Source of the DNA: Escherichia phage vB-Eco-KMB26
Sequence record: OR539218.1
Direction: 5' to 3' (one strand)
DNA length: 64,000 nt
Shown one piece after another: positions 48,345 to 64,000 of this stretch; within the stretch, counting starts at the first letter, position 1; each line of letters starts with the position of its first letter. The position numbers and the translations under genes were made by a program. The notes beneath the pieces were generated by a model, which ran no database searches, was not told the origin of the DNA, and saw nothing but the letters and a program-made list of their open reading frames with translations.

Positions 48345-51300
48345 CAGTAAAAGCACCTTCAGTCACTAGTCTCAGAATTTCCAAGTTATCCGCAAATCAG
48401 GTGCAAGTACGCTGGGATGACGTTGGTGCTAATTTCTACTATTTTGTAGAAATCGCTGAGACAAAAACGAACTCGGGGGAAAATCTCCCGAGTAATCAAT
48501 ACAGATGGATTAACTTAGGATATACTGCAAATAACAGCTTCTTTTTTGATGATGCTGACCCATTGACATCATACATTATCAGAGTAGCTACAGCTGCGCA
48601 AGATTTTGAGCAGTCTGATTGGATTTATACCGAAGAGTTTGAAACTTTTGCTACAAATGCTTATACATTTCAAAACATGATTGAAATGCAATTAGCCAAT
48701 AAATTCATTCAGGAAAAATTTACTCTTAATAATTCTGATTATGTTAATTTTAACAATGACACTATAATGGCTGCATTGATGAATGAATCATTTCAATTCA
48801 GCCCATCGTATGTTGATGTTTCATCAATAAGTAATTTTATTATTGGTGAAAATGAGTATCATGAAATACAAGGTTCCATTCAGCAAGTATGTAAGGATAT
48901 TAACCGAGTTTATTTGATGGAATCAGAAGGGATTCTATATCTTTTTGAGCGCTATCAACCCGTAGTTAAAGTATCTAATGATAAAGGACAAACCTGGAAA
49001 GCTGTGAAGCTCTTCAATGACCGTGTAGGATATCCTTTATCTAAGACAGTATATTACCAATCTGCGAACACAACATACGTTCTAGGATACGACAAGATCT
49101 TCTATGGCCGTAAATCAACTGATGTTAGATGGTCAGCTGATGATGTCAGATTTAGTTCACAGGATATAACATTCGCTAAACTTGGCGACCAATTACATCT
49201 AGGATTTGATGTAGAAATTTTTGCCACTTATGCGACTTTACCAGCGAATGTATATCGTATAGCTGAAGCCATTACTTGTACGGATGATTATATCTATGTT
49301 GTTGCCAGAGATAAAGTTAGATATATAAAAACGAGCAATGCACCTATAGATTCTGATCCATTATCTCCAACATATTCGGAAAGGCTATTTGAATCTGATA
49401 CAATGACTATAACTGGAAATCCTAAAGCAGTATGCTATAAAATGGATTCTATTGGTGATAAAGTTTTTGCTCTTATTATCGGTGAAGTTGAAACATTAAA
49501 TGCTAATCCTAGAACGTCAAAAATAATTGATTCTACTGATAAAGGAATATATGTTTTAAATCATGACACAAAAACGTGGAAAAGAGTTTTTGGCAACACT
49601 GAAGAAGAAAGAAGACGTATTCAACCTGGGTATGCGAATATGTCAACTGATGGTAAATTAGTTTCTCTATCTTCGAGTAATTTTAAATTTTTAAATGATA
49701 ACGTTGTTAATGACCCTGAAACTGTAGCAAAATATCAGTTAATCGGTGCCGTTAAATATGAATTTCCTCGTGAATGGTTAGCTGATAAGCATTATCATAT
49801 GATGGCATTTATAGCGGATGAAAAATCTGATTGGGAGACTTTTACTCCTCAACCAATGAAATACTACGCAGAACCGTTCTTTAATTGGTCTAAAAAATCT
49901 AACACACGCTGTTGGATAAACAACTCTAATAGAGCTGTAGTAGTTTATGCTGATTTAAAATACACTAAAGTTATAGAAAATATTCCGGAAACATCACCAG
50001 ATAGATTAGTTCATGAATACTGGGATGATGGTGATTGTACGATAGTAATGCCAAATGTTAAATTCACGGGATTTAAAAAATATGCGTCTGGGATGCTTTT
50101 TTATAAATCTTCTGGTGAAATAATTTCTTACTATGATTTTAACTATCGTGTGAGAGATACAGTAGAAATTATTTGGAAGCCGACTGGAGTATTTTTAAAA
50201 GCATTTTTACAAAACCAAGAGCATGAGACTCCTTGGTCACCAGAAGAAGAGCATGGATTAGCTGATCCTGATTTAAGACCATTAATTGGCACAATGATGC
50301 CTGATTCTTATTTGTTGCAGGATTCGAATTTTGAGGCATTTTGCGAAGCATATATTCAGTATCTTTCTGATGGATATGGAACTCAGTATAACAATTTACG
50401 AAATTTAATTCGTAACCAATATCCACGAGAAGAGCATGCGTGGGAATATTTGTGGTCAGAGATATATAAAAGAAACATTTATTTAAATGCTGATAAACGT
50501 GATGCTGTTGCGAGATTCTTTGAATCACGTAGCTATGATTTTTATTCTACTAAAGGAATTGAAGCATCATACAAATTTCTTTTTAAAGTTCTTTATAATG
50601 AAGAAGTTGAAATTGAAATTGAATCTGGGGCTGGTACTGAATATGACATAATCGTTCAATCTGATTCTTTGACTGAAGATTTAGTAGGACAAACGATTTA
50701 TACAGCCACAGGAAGATGTAATGTTACTTATATAGAAAGAAGTTATTCTAATGGTAAATTGCAATGGACCGTGACTATACATAATCTTTTGGGGCGTTTA
50801 ATAGCAGGGCAAGAAGTTAAAGCAGAAAGACTTCCTAGTTTTGAAGGCGAAATTATTCGTGGGGTTAAAGGAAAGGATTTGCTTCAAAATAATATAGACT
50901 ATATTAATAGAAGTCGATCATATTATGTAATGAAAATTAAATCCAATTTACCTTCTTCTCGTTGGAAATCTGACGTTATTCGTTTTGTTCATCCAGTAGG
51001 ATTTGGATTTATAGCAATCACGCTTTTAACTATGTTTATTAATGTCGGTTTAACTCTTAAACACACAGAGACAATAATTAATAAATATAAAAACTACAAA
51101 TGGGATTCTGGATTGCCTACTGAATATGCTGATAGAGTAGCTAAATTAACTCCAACCGGTGAAATTGAGCATGATTCAGTAACAGGCGAAGCAATTTATG
51201 AGCCTGGCCCAATGGCTGGTGTAGAATATCCTCTTCCTGATGACTATAATGCTGAAAATAATAATTCAATATTTCAAGGTCAATTGCCGTCTGAACGACG

Positions 51301-51439
51301 TAAATTAATGAGTCCTTTATTTGATGCATCTGGAACAACATTTGCGCAATTTAGAGATTTAGTTAATAAACGTCTAAAAGATAATATAGGAAATCCAAGA
51401 GACCCTGAAAATCCAACACAGGTTAAAATAGATGAATGA
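48341..51439 (+). CDS. 7: Baseplate wedge initiator gp7
   Basis: 1032 aa; size and order match T4. Confidence 0.9.
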   Translation: MTVKAPSVTSLRISKLSANQVQVRWDDVGANFYYFVEIAETKTNSGENLPSNQYRWINLGYTANNSFFFDDADPLTSYIIRVATAAQDFEQSDWIYTEEFETFATNAYTFQNMIEMQLANKFIQEKFTLNNSDYVNFNNDTIMAALMNESFQFSPSYVDVSSISNFIIGENEYHEIQGSIQQVCKDINRVYLMESEGILYLFERYQPVVKVSNDKGQTWKAVKLFNDRVGYPLSKTVYYQSANTTYVLGYDKIFYGRKSTDVRWSADDVRFSSQDITFAKLGDQLHLGFDVEIFATYATLPANVYRIAEAITCTDDYIYVVARDKVRYIKTSNAPIDSDPLSPTYSERLFESDTMTITGNPKAVCYKMDSIGDKVFALIIGEVETLNANPRTSKIIDSTDKGIYVLNHDTKTWKRVFGNTEEERRRIQPGYANMSTDGKLVSLSSSNFKFLNDNVVNDPETVAKYQLIGAVKYEFPREWLADKHYHMMAFIADEKSDWETFTPQPMKYYAEPFFNWSKKSNTRCWINNSNRAVVVYADLKYTKVIENIPETSPDRLVHEYWDDGDCTIVMPNVKFTGFKKYASGMLFYKSSGEIISYYDFNYRVRDTVEIIWKPTGVFLKAFLQNQEHETPWSPEEEHGLADPDLRPLIGTMMPDSYLLQDSNFEAFCEAYIQYLSDGYGTQYNNLRNLIRNQYPREEHAWEYLWSEIYKRNIYLNADKRDAVARFFESRSYDFYSTKGIEASYKFLFKVLYNEEVEIEIESGAGTEYDIIVQSDSLTEDLVGQTIYTATGRCNVTYIERSYSNGKLQWTVTIHNLLGRLIAGQEVKAERLPSFEGEIIRGVKGKDLLQNNIDYINRSRSYYVMKIKSNLPSSRWKSDVIRFVHPVGFGFIAITLLTMFINVGLTLKHTETIINKYKNYKWDSGLPTEYADRVAKLTPTGEIEHDSVTGEAIYEPGPMAGVEYPLPDDYNAENNNSIFQGQLPSERRKLMSPLFDASGTTFAQFRDLVNKRLKDNIGNPRDPENPTQVKIDE

Positions 51440-52436
51440 TTCAAGTGTTATCTATCGTGCGATAGTTACTTCAAAATTTAGAACAGAAAAAATGTTGAAT
51501 TTTTATAATTCAATTGGAAGTGGTCCGGATAAAAACACTATCTTTATCACATTTGGAAGATCAGAACCGTGGTCATCAAATGAAAATGAGGTGGGCTTTG
51601 CCCCACCTTATCCAACCGATTCTGTATTAGGCGTAACTGACATGTGGACGCATATGATGGGAACAGTAAAGGTTCTTCCATCAATGCTTGACGCAGTTAT
51701 TCCTCGTCGAGATTGGGGAGATACTAGATATCCGGATCCATACACATTTAGAATTAACGATATTGTAGTGTGTAACTCAGCTCCTTACAACGCTACTGAA
51801 TCAGGCGCAGGCTGGTTAGTATATCGTTGTTTAGATGTTCCTGATACTGGAATGTGTTCAATTGCATCTTTAACTGATAAGGATGAATGCCTTAAATTAG
51901 GCGGAAAATGGACACCTTCTGTTAGGTCAATGACTCCTCCTGAAGGTCGAGGAGATGCTGAAGGAACAATTGAACCTGGGGACGGGTATGTATGGGAATA
52001 TCTTTTTGAGATTCCACCCGATGTATCTATAAATAGATGCACGAATGAATATATTGTGGTTCCTTGGCCTGAGGAATTAAAAGAAGACCCGACTAGATGG
52101 GGATATGAAGATAATCTCACTTGGCAACAAGATGATTTTGGATTAATTTACCGGGTTAAGGCAAATACTATCCGTTTTAAAGCATATTTAGATTCAGTTT
52201 ATTTTCCTGATGCTGCATTGCCAGGAAATAAAGGATTTAGACAAATATCAATAATCACGAATCCTCTTGAAGCTAAAGCTCATCCAAATGACCCAAACGT
52301 TAAAGCTGAAAAGGATTATTATGATCCAGAAGATTTAATGAGGCATTCGGGCGAAATGATTTATATGGAAAATAGGCCACCTATTATCATGGCAATGGAT
52401 CAGACAGAAGAAATCAATATTCTGTTTACATTTTAA
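51432..52436 (+). CDS. 8: Baseplate wedge protein gp8
   Basis: 334 aa. Confidence 0.9.
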   Translation: MNDSSVIYRAIVTSKFRTEKMLNFYNSIGSGPDKNTIFITFGRSEPWSSNENEVGFAPPYPTDSVLGVTDMWTHMMGTVKVLPSMLDAVIPRRDWGDTRYPDPYTFRINDIVVCNSAPYNATESGAGWLVYRCLDVPDTGMCSIASLTDKDECLKLGGKWTPSVRSMTPPEGRGDAEGTIEPGDGYVWEYLFEIPPDVSINRCTNEYIVVPWPEELKEDPTRWGYEDNLTWQQDDFGLIYRVKANTIRFKAYLDSVYFPDAALPGNKGFRQISIITNPLEAKAHPNDPNVKAEKDYYDPEDLMRHSGEMIYMENRPPIIMAMDQTEEINILFTF

Positions 52437-52442
52437 ATTAAG

Positions 52443-52465
52443 GGAGCCCATGGGCTCCCTTTTTC
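52443..52465 (+). terminator. Intrinsic terminator GGGAGCCcatgGGCTCCC + T5 after gene 8
   Basis: 7-bp perfect GC-rich stem followed by TTTTT. Confidence 0.7.
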
Positions 52466-52467
52466 TT

Positions 52468-52475
52468 TATAAATA
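52468..52475 (+). promoter_or_regulatory. Late promoter TATAAATA for gene 9
   Basis: Exact TATAAATA 25 nt upstream of the gene 9 ATG. Confidence 0.7.
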
Positions 52476-52499
52476 CTATAAACTCATAAGGAAACCGCT

Positions 52500-53366
52500 A
52501 TGTTCATTCAAGAACCAAAGAAATTGATTGATACCGGCGAAATTGGTAACGCTTCTACTGGTGATATCTTATTCGACGGTGGTAATAAAATTAATAGTGA
52601 TTTTAACGCAATTTATAATGCGTTTGGCGATCAGCGTAAAATGGCAGTAGCAAATGGCACTGGAGCAGATGGTCAAATTATCCATGCTACTGGATATTAT
52701 CAAAAGCACTCTATCGCGGAGTACGCAACTCCAGTGAAAGTTGGCACTAGACATGATATTGATACCTCTACTGTAGGTGTTAAAGTTATTATTGAAAGAG
52801 GAGAACTTGGCGATTGTGTTGAATTCATTAACTCTAATGGATCAATATCAGTTACTAATCCTTTAACGATTCAGGCTATTGATTCAATTAAAGGCGTTTC
52901 AGGTAATTTAGTAGTAACTAGCCCATATAGTAAAGTAACTTTACGCTGTATTTCATCTGATAATTCTACATCGGTTTGGAATTATTCTATTGAAAGTATG
53001 TTTGGACAAAAGGAATCACCAGCTGAAGGTACATGGAATATTTCTACATCCGGATCAGTTGATATTCCACTATTTCATCGCACTGAATACAATATGGCTA
53101 AATTGCTAGTTACGTGCCAATCAGTAGATGGAAGAAAAATTAAAACAGCAGAAATAAATATTCTTGTGGATACTGTTAATTCAGAAGTTATTTCTTCTGA
53201 GTATGCTGTCATGAGAGTTGGAAATGAAACAGAAGAAGACGAGATTGCTAATATTGCATTTAGTATTAAAACCAACTATGTAACGGCGACTATAAGTTCT
53301 TCTACCGTTGGCATGAGAGCAGCAGTTAAAGTTATCGCTACGCAGAAAATCGGGGTGGCTCAATAA
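52500..53366 (+). CDS. 9: Baseplate protein gp9 (long tail fibre socket)
   Basis: 288 aa. Confidence 0.9.
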   Translation: MFIQEPKKLIDTGEIGNASTGDILFDGGNKINSDFNAIYNAFGDQRKMAVANGTGADGQIIHATGYYQKHSIAEYATPVKVGTRHDIDTSTVGVKVIIERGELGDCVEFINSNGSISVTNPLTIQAIDSIKGVSGNLVVTSPYSKVTLRCISSDNSTSVWNYSIESMFGQKESPAEGTWNISTSGSVDIPLFHRTEYNMAKLLVTCQSVDGRKIKTAEINILVDTVNSEVISSEYAVMRVGNETEEDEIANIAFSIKTNYVTATISSSTVGMRAAVKVIATQKIGVAQ

Positions 53367-55171
53367 TGAAACAAAATATTAATATCGGTAATGTTGTTGA
53401 TGATGGTACCGGTGACTACCTGCGTAAAGGTGGTATAAAAATAAATGAAAACTTTGATGAACTTTATTATGAACTTGGCGATGGAGATGTTCCATATTCA
53501 GCCGGTGCCTGGAAAACTTATAATGCTTCATCTGGTCAAACATTAAAAGCTAAGTGGGGAAAATCATACGCTATTAATACCTCTTCTGGAAGAGTAACTT
53601 TACAACTTCCTAAAGGAACTGTTAATGATTATAATAAAGTAATTAGAGCTAGGGATGTATTTGCAACATGGAACATTAATCCAGTTACTTTAGTAGCTGC
53701 TTCTGGAGATACAATTAAAGGGTCGTCATCATCGGTTGAAATTAATACTCAATTTAGTGATTTAGAGCTCGTTTATTGCGCTCCAGGACGTTGGGAGTAT
53801 GTCAAAAACAAACAAATTGACAAAATTATTAGTTCAGATATTAGTAATGTAGCACGTAAAGAATTTTTAGTCGAAGTTCAAGGACAAACGGACTTTTTAG
53901 ATGTTTTCCGCGGAACTAGCTATAATGTTAATAACATCCGAGTAAAACACCGTGGTAATGAATTATATTACGGCGATGTATTTAGTGAAAACAGTGACTT
54001 TGGCTCTCCTGGGGAAAATGAAGGAGAATTGATTCCTCTTGATGGATTTAATATTAGGTTAAGACAGCCTTGTAATATTGGTGACACTGTTCAAATTGAA
54101 ACATTTATGGATGGTATATCACAATGGAGAAGTTCATATACAAGACGCCAAATAAAAGTATTAGATTCAAAATTAACGTCAAAAACTTCTTTAGAAGGAA
54201 GTATTTACGTTACTGATTTATCAACAATGAAATCAATTCCATTCTCTGCATTTGGATTAATTCCTGGAGAACCTATTAATCCTAATTCTCTTGAAGTTCG
54301 TTTTAATGGAATTTTACAACAACAAGCTGGAACAGCAGGATATCCTCTGTTTTTGTGTGAAGGTGCTAACTCAGATACGCAAGCAGGATGTATATCTCTT
54401 GGTGGTGAATGGAAAGAATCGAACACAGATTATTCTATAGAATATGAAGATGGAAAACCTGTCAGTCTTTTATTTGATAGAAAATTTGAATCAGGTGATA
54501 TAATCGTTATAACATGGTTTAATAATGATTTAGGAACTCTTTTAGAAAAAGATGACATTATTGAATTAACTGATGACCGTTATGTTAGTAAAGGATCATC
54601 TACCGAAGTTACTGGTGATGTAGCCTTAACAGATTTTGATAAAATCGGTTGGCCAAATGTTGAAAAAGTTGATTCTTATACTAGAACGTATAATTCAATA
54701 TCATCTATTTTCGATAGCATTTATCCTGTAGGTTCAATTTATGAAAATGCTATAAATCCAAATAATCCGGTGACTTATATGGGATTTGGTTCATGGAAAT
54801 TATTTGGTAAAGGACAAGTTTTAGTAGGATGGAATGATGATGTTACGGATCCAAACTTTGCTTTAAACAATAATGATTTAGATTCTAGCGGAAATCCTTC
54901 ACATACTGCCGGTGGAACAGTTGGAACAACATCGGTGACACTTGAGAACGCAAATCTTCCTGCGACTAAAACTGATGAAAAAGTTTTAATTGAAGATGAA
55001 AACGGATCAGTTATTATTGGAGGTTGTCAATATGACCCAGACGAAACTGGTCCTATATATACAAAATATCGTGAAGACTACGCAACAACAAACTCTTCAC
55101 ATACTCCTCCTACTAATATTAGTAATATTCAACCGTCTATTACTGTATACCGTTGGATAAGGATTGCATAA
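53366..55171 (+). CDS. 10: Baseplate wedge protein gp10
   Basis: 601 aa; TAATG coupling with genes 9 and 11. Confidence 0.9.
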   Translation: MKQNINIGNVVDDGTGDYLRKGGIKINENFDELYYELGDGDVPYSAGAWKTYNASSGQTLKAKWGKSYAINTSSGRVTLQLPKGTVNDYNKVIRARDVFATWNINPVTLVAASGDTIKGSSSSVEINTQFSDLELVYCAPGRWEYVKNKQIDKIISSDISNVARKEFLVEVQGQTDFLDVFRGTSYNVNNIRVKHRGNELYYGDVFSENSDFGSPGENEGELIPLDGFNIRLRQPCNIGDTVQIETFMDGISQWRSSYTRRQIKVLDSKLTSKTSLEGSIYVTDLSTMKSIPFSAFGLIPGEPINPNSLEVRFNGILQQQAGTAGYPLFLCEGANSDTQAGCISLGGEWKESNTDYSIEYEDGKPVSLLFDRKFESGDIIVITWFNNDLGTLLEKDDIIELTDDRYVSKGSSTEVTGDVALTDFDKIGWPNVEKVDSYTRTYNSISSIFDSIYPVGSIYENAINPNNPVTYMGFGSWKLFGKGQVLVGWNDDVTDPNFALNNNDLDSSGNPSHTAGGTVGTTSVTLENANLPATKTDEKVLIEDENGSVIIGGCQYDPDETGPIYTKYREDYATTNSSHTPPTNISNIQPSITVYRWIRIA

Positions 55172-55830
55172 TGAGTTTACTTAATAATAAAGCGGGAGTT
55201 ATTTCCCGCTTAGCAGATTTTCTTGGTTTTAGAACTAAGAAAAATGATATTTCGGTTATGAATAATCAGCCAGTAGGCGCTGTAACAATTTCACAAATAG
55301 CAAAAGGTTTTTATGACCCGAATGTAGAATCTGCTATCAATGATGTTAGAAATATGGCAGAGCAACCGGTTGGAGCTGTATTAGTTAATATAAGCGGCGT
55401 ATCTCCTACTGGCGTGCAACAAACCGACTATTGGTCATTTGAAGGAACTGTTACTGATACTTCAGTCAAATCAGGTGACCCAGTTATTGTTAACATGTTT
55501 GGTATTCCAGTTAAAGCTACTAATGGAATGACTTCAATTGAATTTACTAGTGCCGTTAGAATAGCTCTACAGGAAATGGTTGTAAAATTTATTGCAATTG
55601 ATTCATTTGAAGACCATCCTACCATAGGAAATAAAATACAAGTTAAGTATTTAGATAACCAAGAACATATCTTAGAACAATACTCTGATAAAGGAATTAC
55701 TTTCAAACAGGAAATAATTTCTCCTTCTAAACCTGGGTATGGAACTTGGCAATTATTAGGTGCGCAAACTGTTACGCTAGATAGTCACACACAACCTACA
55801 GTATTTTATTATTTTGAGAGAGTAGCATGA
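55171..55830 (+). CDS. 11: Baseplate wedge protein gp11 (ORF track begins at 55153)
   Basis: 219 aa from MSLLNNKAG. Confidence 0.88.
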   Translation: MSLLNNKAGVISRLADFLGFRTKKNDISVMNNQPVGAVTISQIAKGFYDPNVESAINDVRNMAEQPVGAVLVNISGVSPTGVQQTDYWSFEGTVTDTSVKSGDPVIVNMFGIPVKATNGMTSIEFTSAVRIALQEMVVKFIAIDSFEDHPTIGNKIQVKYLDNQEHILEQYSDKGITFKQEIISPSKPGYGTWQLLGAQTVTLDSHTQPTVFYYFERVA

Positions 55831-57377
55831 GTAACAATACATATCAGCACGTATCAAATGAATCAAAATATGTTAAATTCGATCCTACTGGATCGAATTT
55901 TCCTGGCACTGTTACGACAGTACAGTCTGCATTATCAAAAATAAGTAATATCGGCGTAAATGGTATTCCTGATGCAACTATGGAAGTTAAAGGAATAGCA
56001 ATGATTGCGTCAGAGCAAGAGGTTTTAGATGGAACTAATAATTCTAAAATCGTTACACCAGCTACATTAGCAACAAGATTATTGTATCCAAATGCTACTG
56101 AAACTAAATATGGTTTAACGCGTTATTCAACAAATGAAGAAACATTAAAAGGCTCAGATAATAATTCATCAATAACACCACAAAAACTGAAATACCACAC
56201 TGACGATGTGTTCAAAAATAGATATTCGTCTGAGTCATCAAACGGGGTTATTAAAATATCATCTACACCTGCAGCTTTGGCTGGAGTTGATGATACTACT
56301 GCGATGACTCCGCTAAAAACCCAAAAACTTGCAATAAAATTAATTTCGCAAATAGCTCCTTCAGAAGACACTGCAACAGAATCGGTGAGAGGAGTAGTTC
56401 AATTATCTACTGTTGCACAAATTCGTCAAGGAACTCTCCGCGAAGGATATGCAATTTCCCCGTATACCTTTATGAATTCTGTTGCAACACATGAATATAA
56501 GGGTGTTATACGCCTAGGAACGCAGACTGAAATTAATAATAATTTGGGTGGTGTTGCAGTAACAGGTGAAACACTAAATGGTCGAGGAGCTACCGGTTCT
56601 ATGCGTGGAGTAGTTAAATTAACGACGCAAGCCGGTATTGCCCCTGAAGGTGATAGCTCTGGAGCATTAGCATGGAACGCAGATGTAATTAATACTCGTG
56701 GTGGACAAACTATTAATGGTTCTTTAAATTTAGACCATCTTACAGCAAATGGAATTTGGTCACGCGGTGGAATGTGGAAAAATGGCGATCAACCTGTTGC
56801 CACTGAAAGATATGCGTCCGAACGAGTTCCGGTTGGAACTATTATGATGTTTGCGGGTGATTCAGCACCTCCAGGTTGGATTATGTGTCATGGTGGAACC
56901 GTGTCAGGTGACCAATTTCCTGATTATAGAAACGTAGTTGGAACAAGATTTGGTGGCGATTGGAATAATCCTGGCGTTCCTGATATGCGGGGTCTTTTCG
57001 TCAGAGGAGCCGGCACAGGCGGTCATATTTTAAATCAACGTGGACAAGATGGCTATGGAAAGGATAGACTGGGCGTAGGATGTGACGGAATGCATGTTGG
57101 TGGTGTTCAGGCACAACAAATGTCATACCATAAACATGCTGGTGGTTGGGGTGAATATAACAGAAGTGAAGGCCCATTTGGCGCGTCAGTTTATCAAGGA
57201 TATCTTGGAACTAGAAAATATTCCGACTGGGATAATGCTTCATACTTCACTAATGATGGATTTGAATTAGGTGGACCGAGAGATGCTCATGGTACACTTA
57301 ATCGTGAAGGATTAATTGGTTATGAAACTAGACCATGGAATATATCATTAAACTATATTATTAAAGTTCATTACTAA
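55827..57377 (+). CDS. 12: Short tail fibre gp12
   Basis: 516 aa (T4 is 527 aa as recalled); conserved N-terminus. Confidence 0.9.
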   Translation: MSNNTYQHVSNESKYVKFDPTGSNFPGTVTTVQSALSKISNIGVNGIPDATMEVKGIAMIASEQEVLDGTNNSKIVTPATLATRLLYPNATETKYGLTRYSTNEETLKGSDNNSSITPQKLKYHTDDVFKNRYSSESSNGVIKISSTPAALAGVDDTTAMTPLKTQKLAIKLISQIAPSEDTATESVRGVVQLSTVAQIRQGTLREGYAISPYTFMNSVATHEYKGVIRLGTQTEINNNLGGVAVTGETLNGRGATGSMRGVVKLTTQAGIAPEGDSSGALAWNADVINTRGGQTINGSLNLDHLTANGIWSRGGMWKNGDQPVATERYASERVPVGTIMMFAGDSAPPGWIMCHGGTVSGDQFPDYRNVVGTRFGGDWNNPGVPDMRGLFVRGAGTGGHILNQRGQDGYGKDRLGVGCDGMHVGGVQAQQMSYHKHAGGWGEYNRSEGPFGASVYQGYLGTRKYSDWDNASYFTNDGFELGGPRDAHGTLNREGLIGYETRPWNISLNYIIKVHY

Positions 57378-57386
57378 GGATTACAA

Positions 57387-58844
57387 ATGATTGAATTAAA
57401 AGAGTTACCTTTTGTTGATAGCGTTCCTGACGAAGGTCAGGAACGTATTTCATGGATTAAAAATGGTGAAGAAATATTAGGAGCTAGTACTAAGTATGGA
57501 AATGATGGATCAATGAATAGACCAATTGTTTCCGTGTTTAAAAACGTCGAAGTTCTTGATGAAAATGTGGGAATTCTTAAAACTGCCATTGAAACATCAC
57601 AGAAAGATATTAAAACAATTCAAGGAGTTTTAGATGTATCAGGAGATATAGAAGCACTATCGCAGATCAGTGTTAATAAAAATGACATATCGAATTTAAA
57701 GACACTTACCAGTGAACACACTGATATATTAACTGGAACTAATAATACAGTTGACAAAATTATTGCTGATATAGGTCCATTTAATGATGAAGAAAACTCT
57801 GTTTATAGAACAATTAGAAATGATTTATTGTGGATTAAACAGGAATTAGGACAATATTCTGGCCAAGACATTAACGGTCTTCCTGTTGTTGGTAATGCTA
57901 GCACAGGAATGAAACACAGAATAATAACAAACAGTACATTATTATCTTCACAGGGCATTCGTTTAAGCGAATTAGAAAATAAATTTACTGAATCTGACGT
58001 AGGATCATTAACTGTTGAAGTTGGTAAATTACGTGATGAACTTGGTAATAAACCAGTAGATTTTGGGCCAAATATTTATAATAGATTAAACACCATAGAT
58101 GATAAACAAACTTTAATAATTTCTGATATAGCAGAAATTAAATCTTCTATTGGATACCCAGAAAATGTTTCTATAATAACAGAAATTAATAATAACAAAA
58201 GTAGCATTGAAGCTATTAATAATGAATTAAATCAGAGTGAAGGTGTTAAACAGCGCTTAACGGCTATTGAAACTTCTATAGGTTCAGATGATATTCCTTC
58301 TAGTATTAAAGGAAAAATTAAAAATCACACAACTTCTATTGAGTCTTTAAACGGAATTGTTGGTGAAAACACTTCGTCTGGTTTAAGAGCGAATGTTTCG
58401 TGGTTAAATCAAATTGTTGGAACTGACTCCAGCGGAGGACAACCGTCTCCTTCTGGATCTCTATTAAATAAAGTTTCAGTGCTTGAAGGAGAAGTTTCAG
58501 TTTTAAACAATAATGTTCAAAATATACAAGTTGAAATAGGAAATAATAGAACAGGAATTAAAGGTCAAGTTATTGAACTTACTTCACTTATAAATGGAAA
58601 TAATCCTGACGGATCAACTGTTGAAGAACGAGGATTAACTAATTCTATAAAAACGAATGAAACCAACATTGCGGCAGTCACACATGAAGTAAATACAGCT
58701 AAAGACAATATATCCTCTTTACAGAGCAGCGTTCAAGCTCTACAAGAAGCAGGTTATATTCCTGAAGCTCCAAAAGATGGCCAAGCTTACGTTCGTAAAG
58801 ACGGCGAATGGGTACTACTTTCTACCTTTTTATCACCAGCATAA
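57387..58844 (+). CDS. wac: Fibritin (whisker) Wac
   Basis: 485 aa; coiled-coil; C-terminal foldon [27 protein letters not shown]. Confidence 0.93.
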   Translation: MIELKELPFVDSVPDEGQERISWIKNGEEILGASTKYGNDGSMNRPIVSVFKNVEVLDENVGILKTAIETSQKDIKTIQGVLDVSGDIEALSQISVNKNDISNLKTLTSEHTDILTGTNNTVDKIIADIGPFNDEENSVYRTIRNDLLWIKQELGQYSGQDINGLPVVGNASTGMKHRIITNSTLLSSQGIRLSELENKFTESDVGSLTVEVGKLRDELGNKPVDFGPNIYNRLNTIDDKQTLIISDIAEIKSSIGYPENVSIITEINNNKSSIEAINNELNQSEGVKQRLTAIETSIGSDDIPSSIKGKIKNHTTSIESLNGIVGENTSSGLRANVSWLNQIVGTDSSGGQPSPSGSLLNKVSVLEGEVSVLNNNVQNIQVEIGNNRTGIKGQVIELTSLINGNNPDGSTVEERGLTNSIKTNETNIAAVTHEVNTAKDNISSLQSSVQALQEAGYIPEAPKDGQAYVRKDGEWVLLSTFLSPA

Positions 58845-58847
58845 CAT

Positions 58848-58863
58848 GGGGCCGCAAGGCCCC
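58848..58863 (+). other. Stem-loop GGGGCCgcaaGGCCCC after wac (no T-run; stability/processing element or weak terminator)
   Basis: 6-bp perfect stem with GCAA loop. Confidence 0.4.
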
Positions 58864-58875
58864 AAAGGATTTTAA

Positions 58876-60577
<1,702 letters not shown>

Positions 60578-60618
60578 TAAATATTATAAACTAATTAAAG
60601 CCCAGATTAGGAGAAATC

Positions 60619-63759
<3,141 letters not shown>

Positions 63760-63787
63760 TATTAAAGCATATTAAAGAGGATTAAAA

Positions 63788-64000
63788 ATGACTTTATTAT
63801 CTCCGGGCATTGAGCTCAAAGAAACTACGGTTCAAAGCACCGTGGTTAATAACTCTACTGGTACAGCAGCTTTGGCCGGTAAATTCCAGTGGGGTCCTGC
63901 TTTTCAGATTAAACAGGTTACAAACGAAGTAGATTTAGTTAATACTTTTGGTCAACCTACAGCTGAAACTGCTGACTATTTTATGTCTGCAATGAATTTC
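63788..64000 (+). CDS. 18: Tail sheath protein gp18, N-terminal 71 codons (runs off window end)
   Basis: Hand translation MTLLSPGIELKETTVQSTVVNNSTG...; AAGAGG RBS. Confidence 0.9.
   Translation, partial: MTLLSPGIELKETTVQSTVVNNSTGTAALAGKFQWGPAFQIKQVTNEVDLVNTFGQPTAETADYFMSAMNF

Noticed and set aside
50169-50528. Minus-strand ORF of 119 aa inside gene 7
   Set aside because: Antisense to gp7; no promoter or RBS; late region is uniformly plus-strand.
60578-60618. Possible late promoter upstream of gene 15 (ttaataaatattataaac)
   Set aside because: Contains AATAAATA and TTATAAAC but no exact TATAAATA; too weak to call without transcript data.

Overview
This window is a contiguous segment of a T4-like (T-even) coliphage genome, closely related to T4 but not T4 itself: nrdD is intron-less, there are 10 tRNAs rather than T4's 8, no homing-endonuclease ORFs are seen, and gp12 is 516 aa. 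Bases 1-43181 are a dense block of minus-strand early/middle genes (45, rpbA, 46, 47, a-gt, 55, nrdH-nrdG-nrdD, 49, pin, nrdC, many small ORFs, rI, tk, regB, denV, e, nudE, the tRNA cluster, internal-protein genes, 57B/57A, 1, 3, 2, 4). They are punctuated by repeated early promoters, MotA-box middle promoters, TATAAATA late promoters and C(UUCG)G hairpins. Bases 43229-64000 are plus-strand late genes (53, 5, 5.1, 5.4, 6-12, wac, 13-15, terminase 16/17, start of 18). Gene names were assigned by comparing translations with T4 protein sequences recalled from memory; no database search was run. The most interesting signals are hypervariable internal-protein loci, three tandem paralog families, a macro-domain-like protein, a nucleotidyltransferase-fold protein, a GrcA-like glycyl radical cofactor, the expanded tRNA set, and duplicated promoter/terminator elements.
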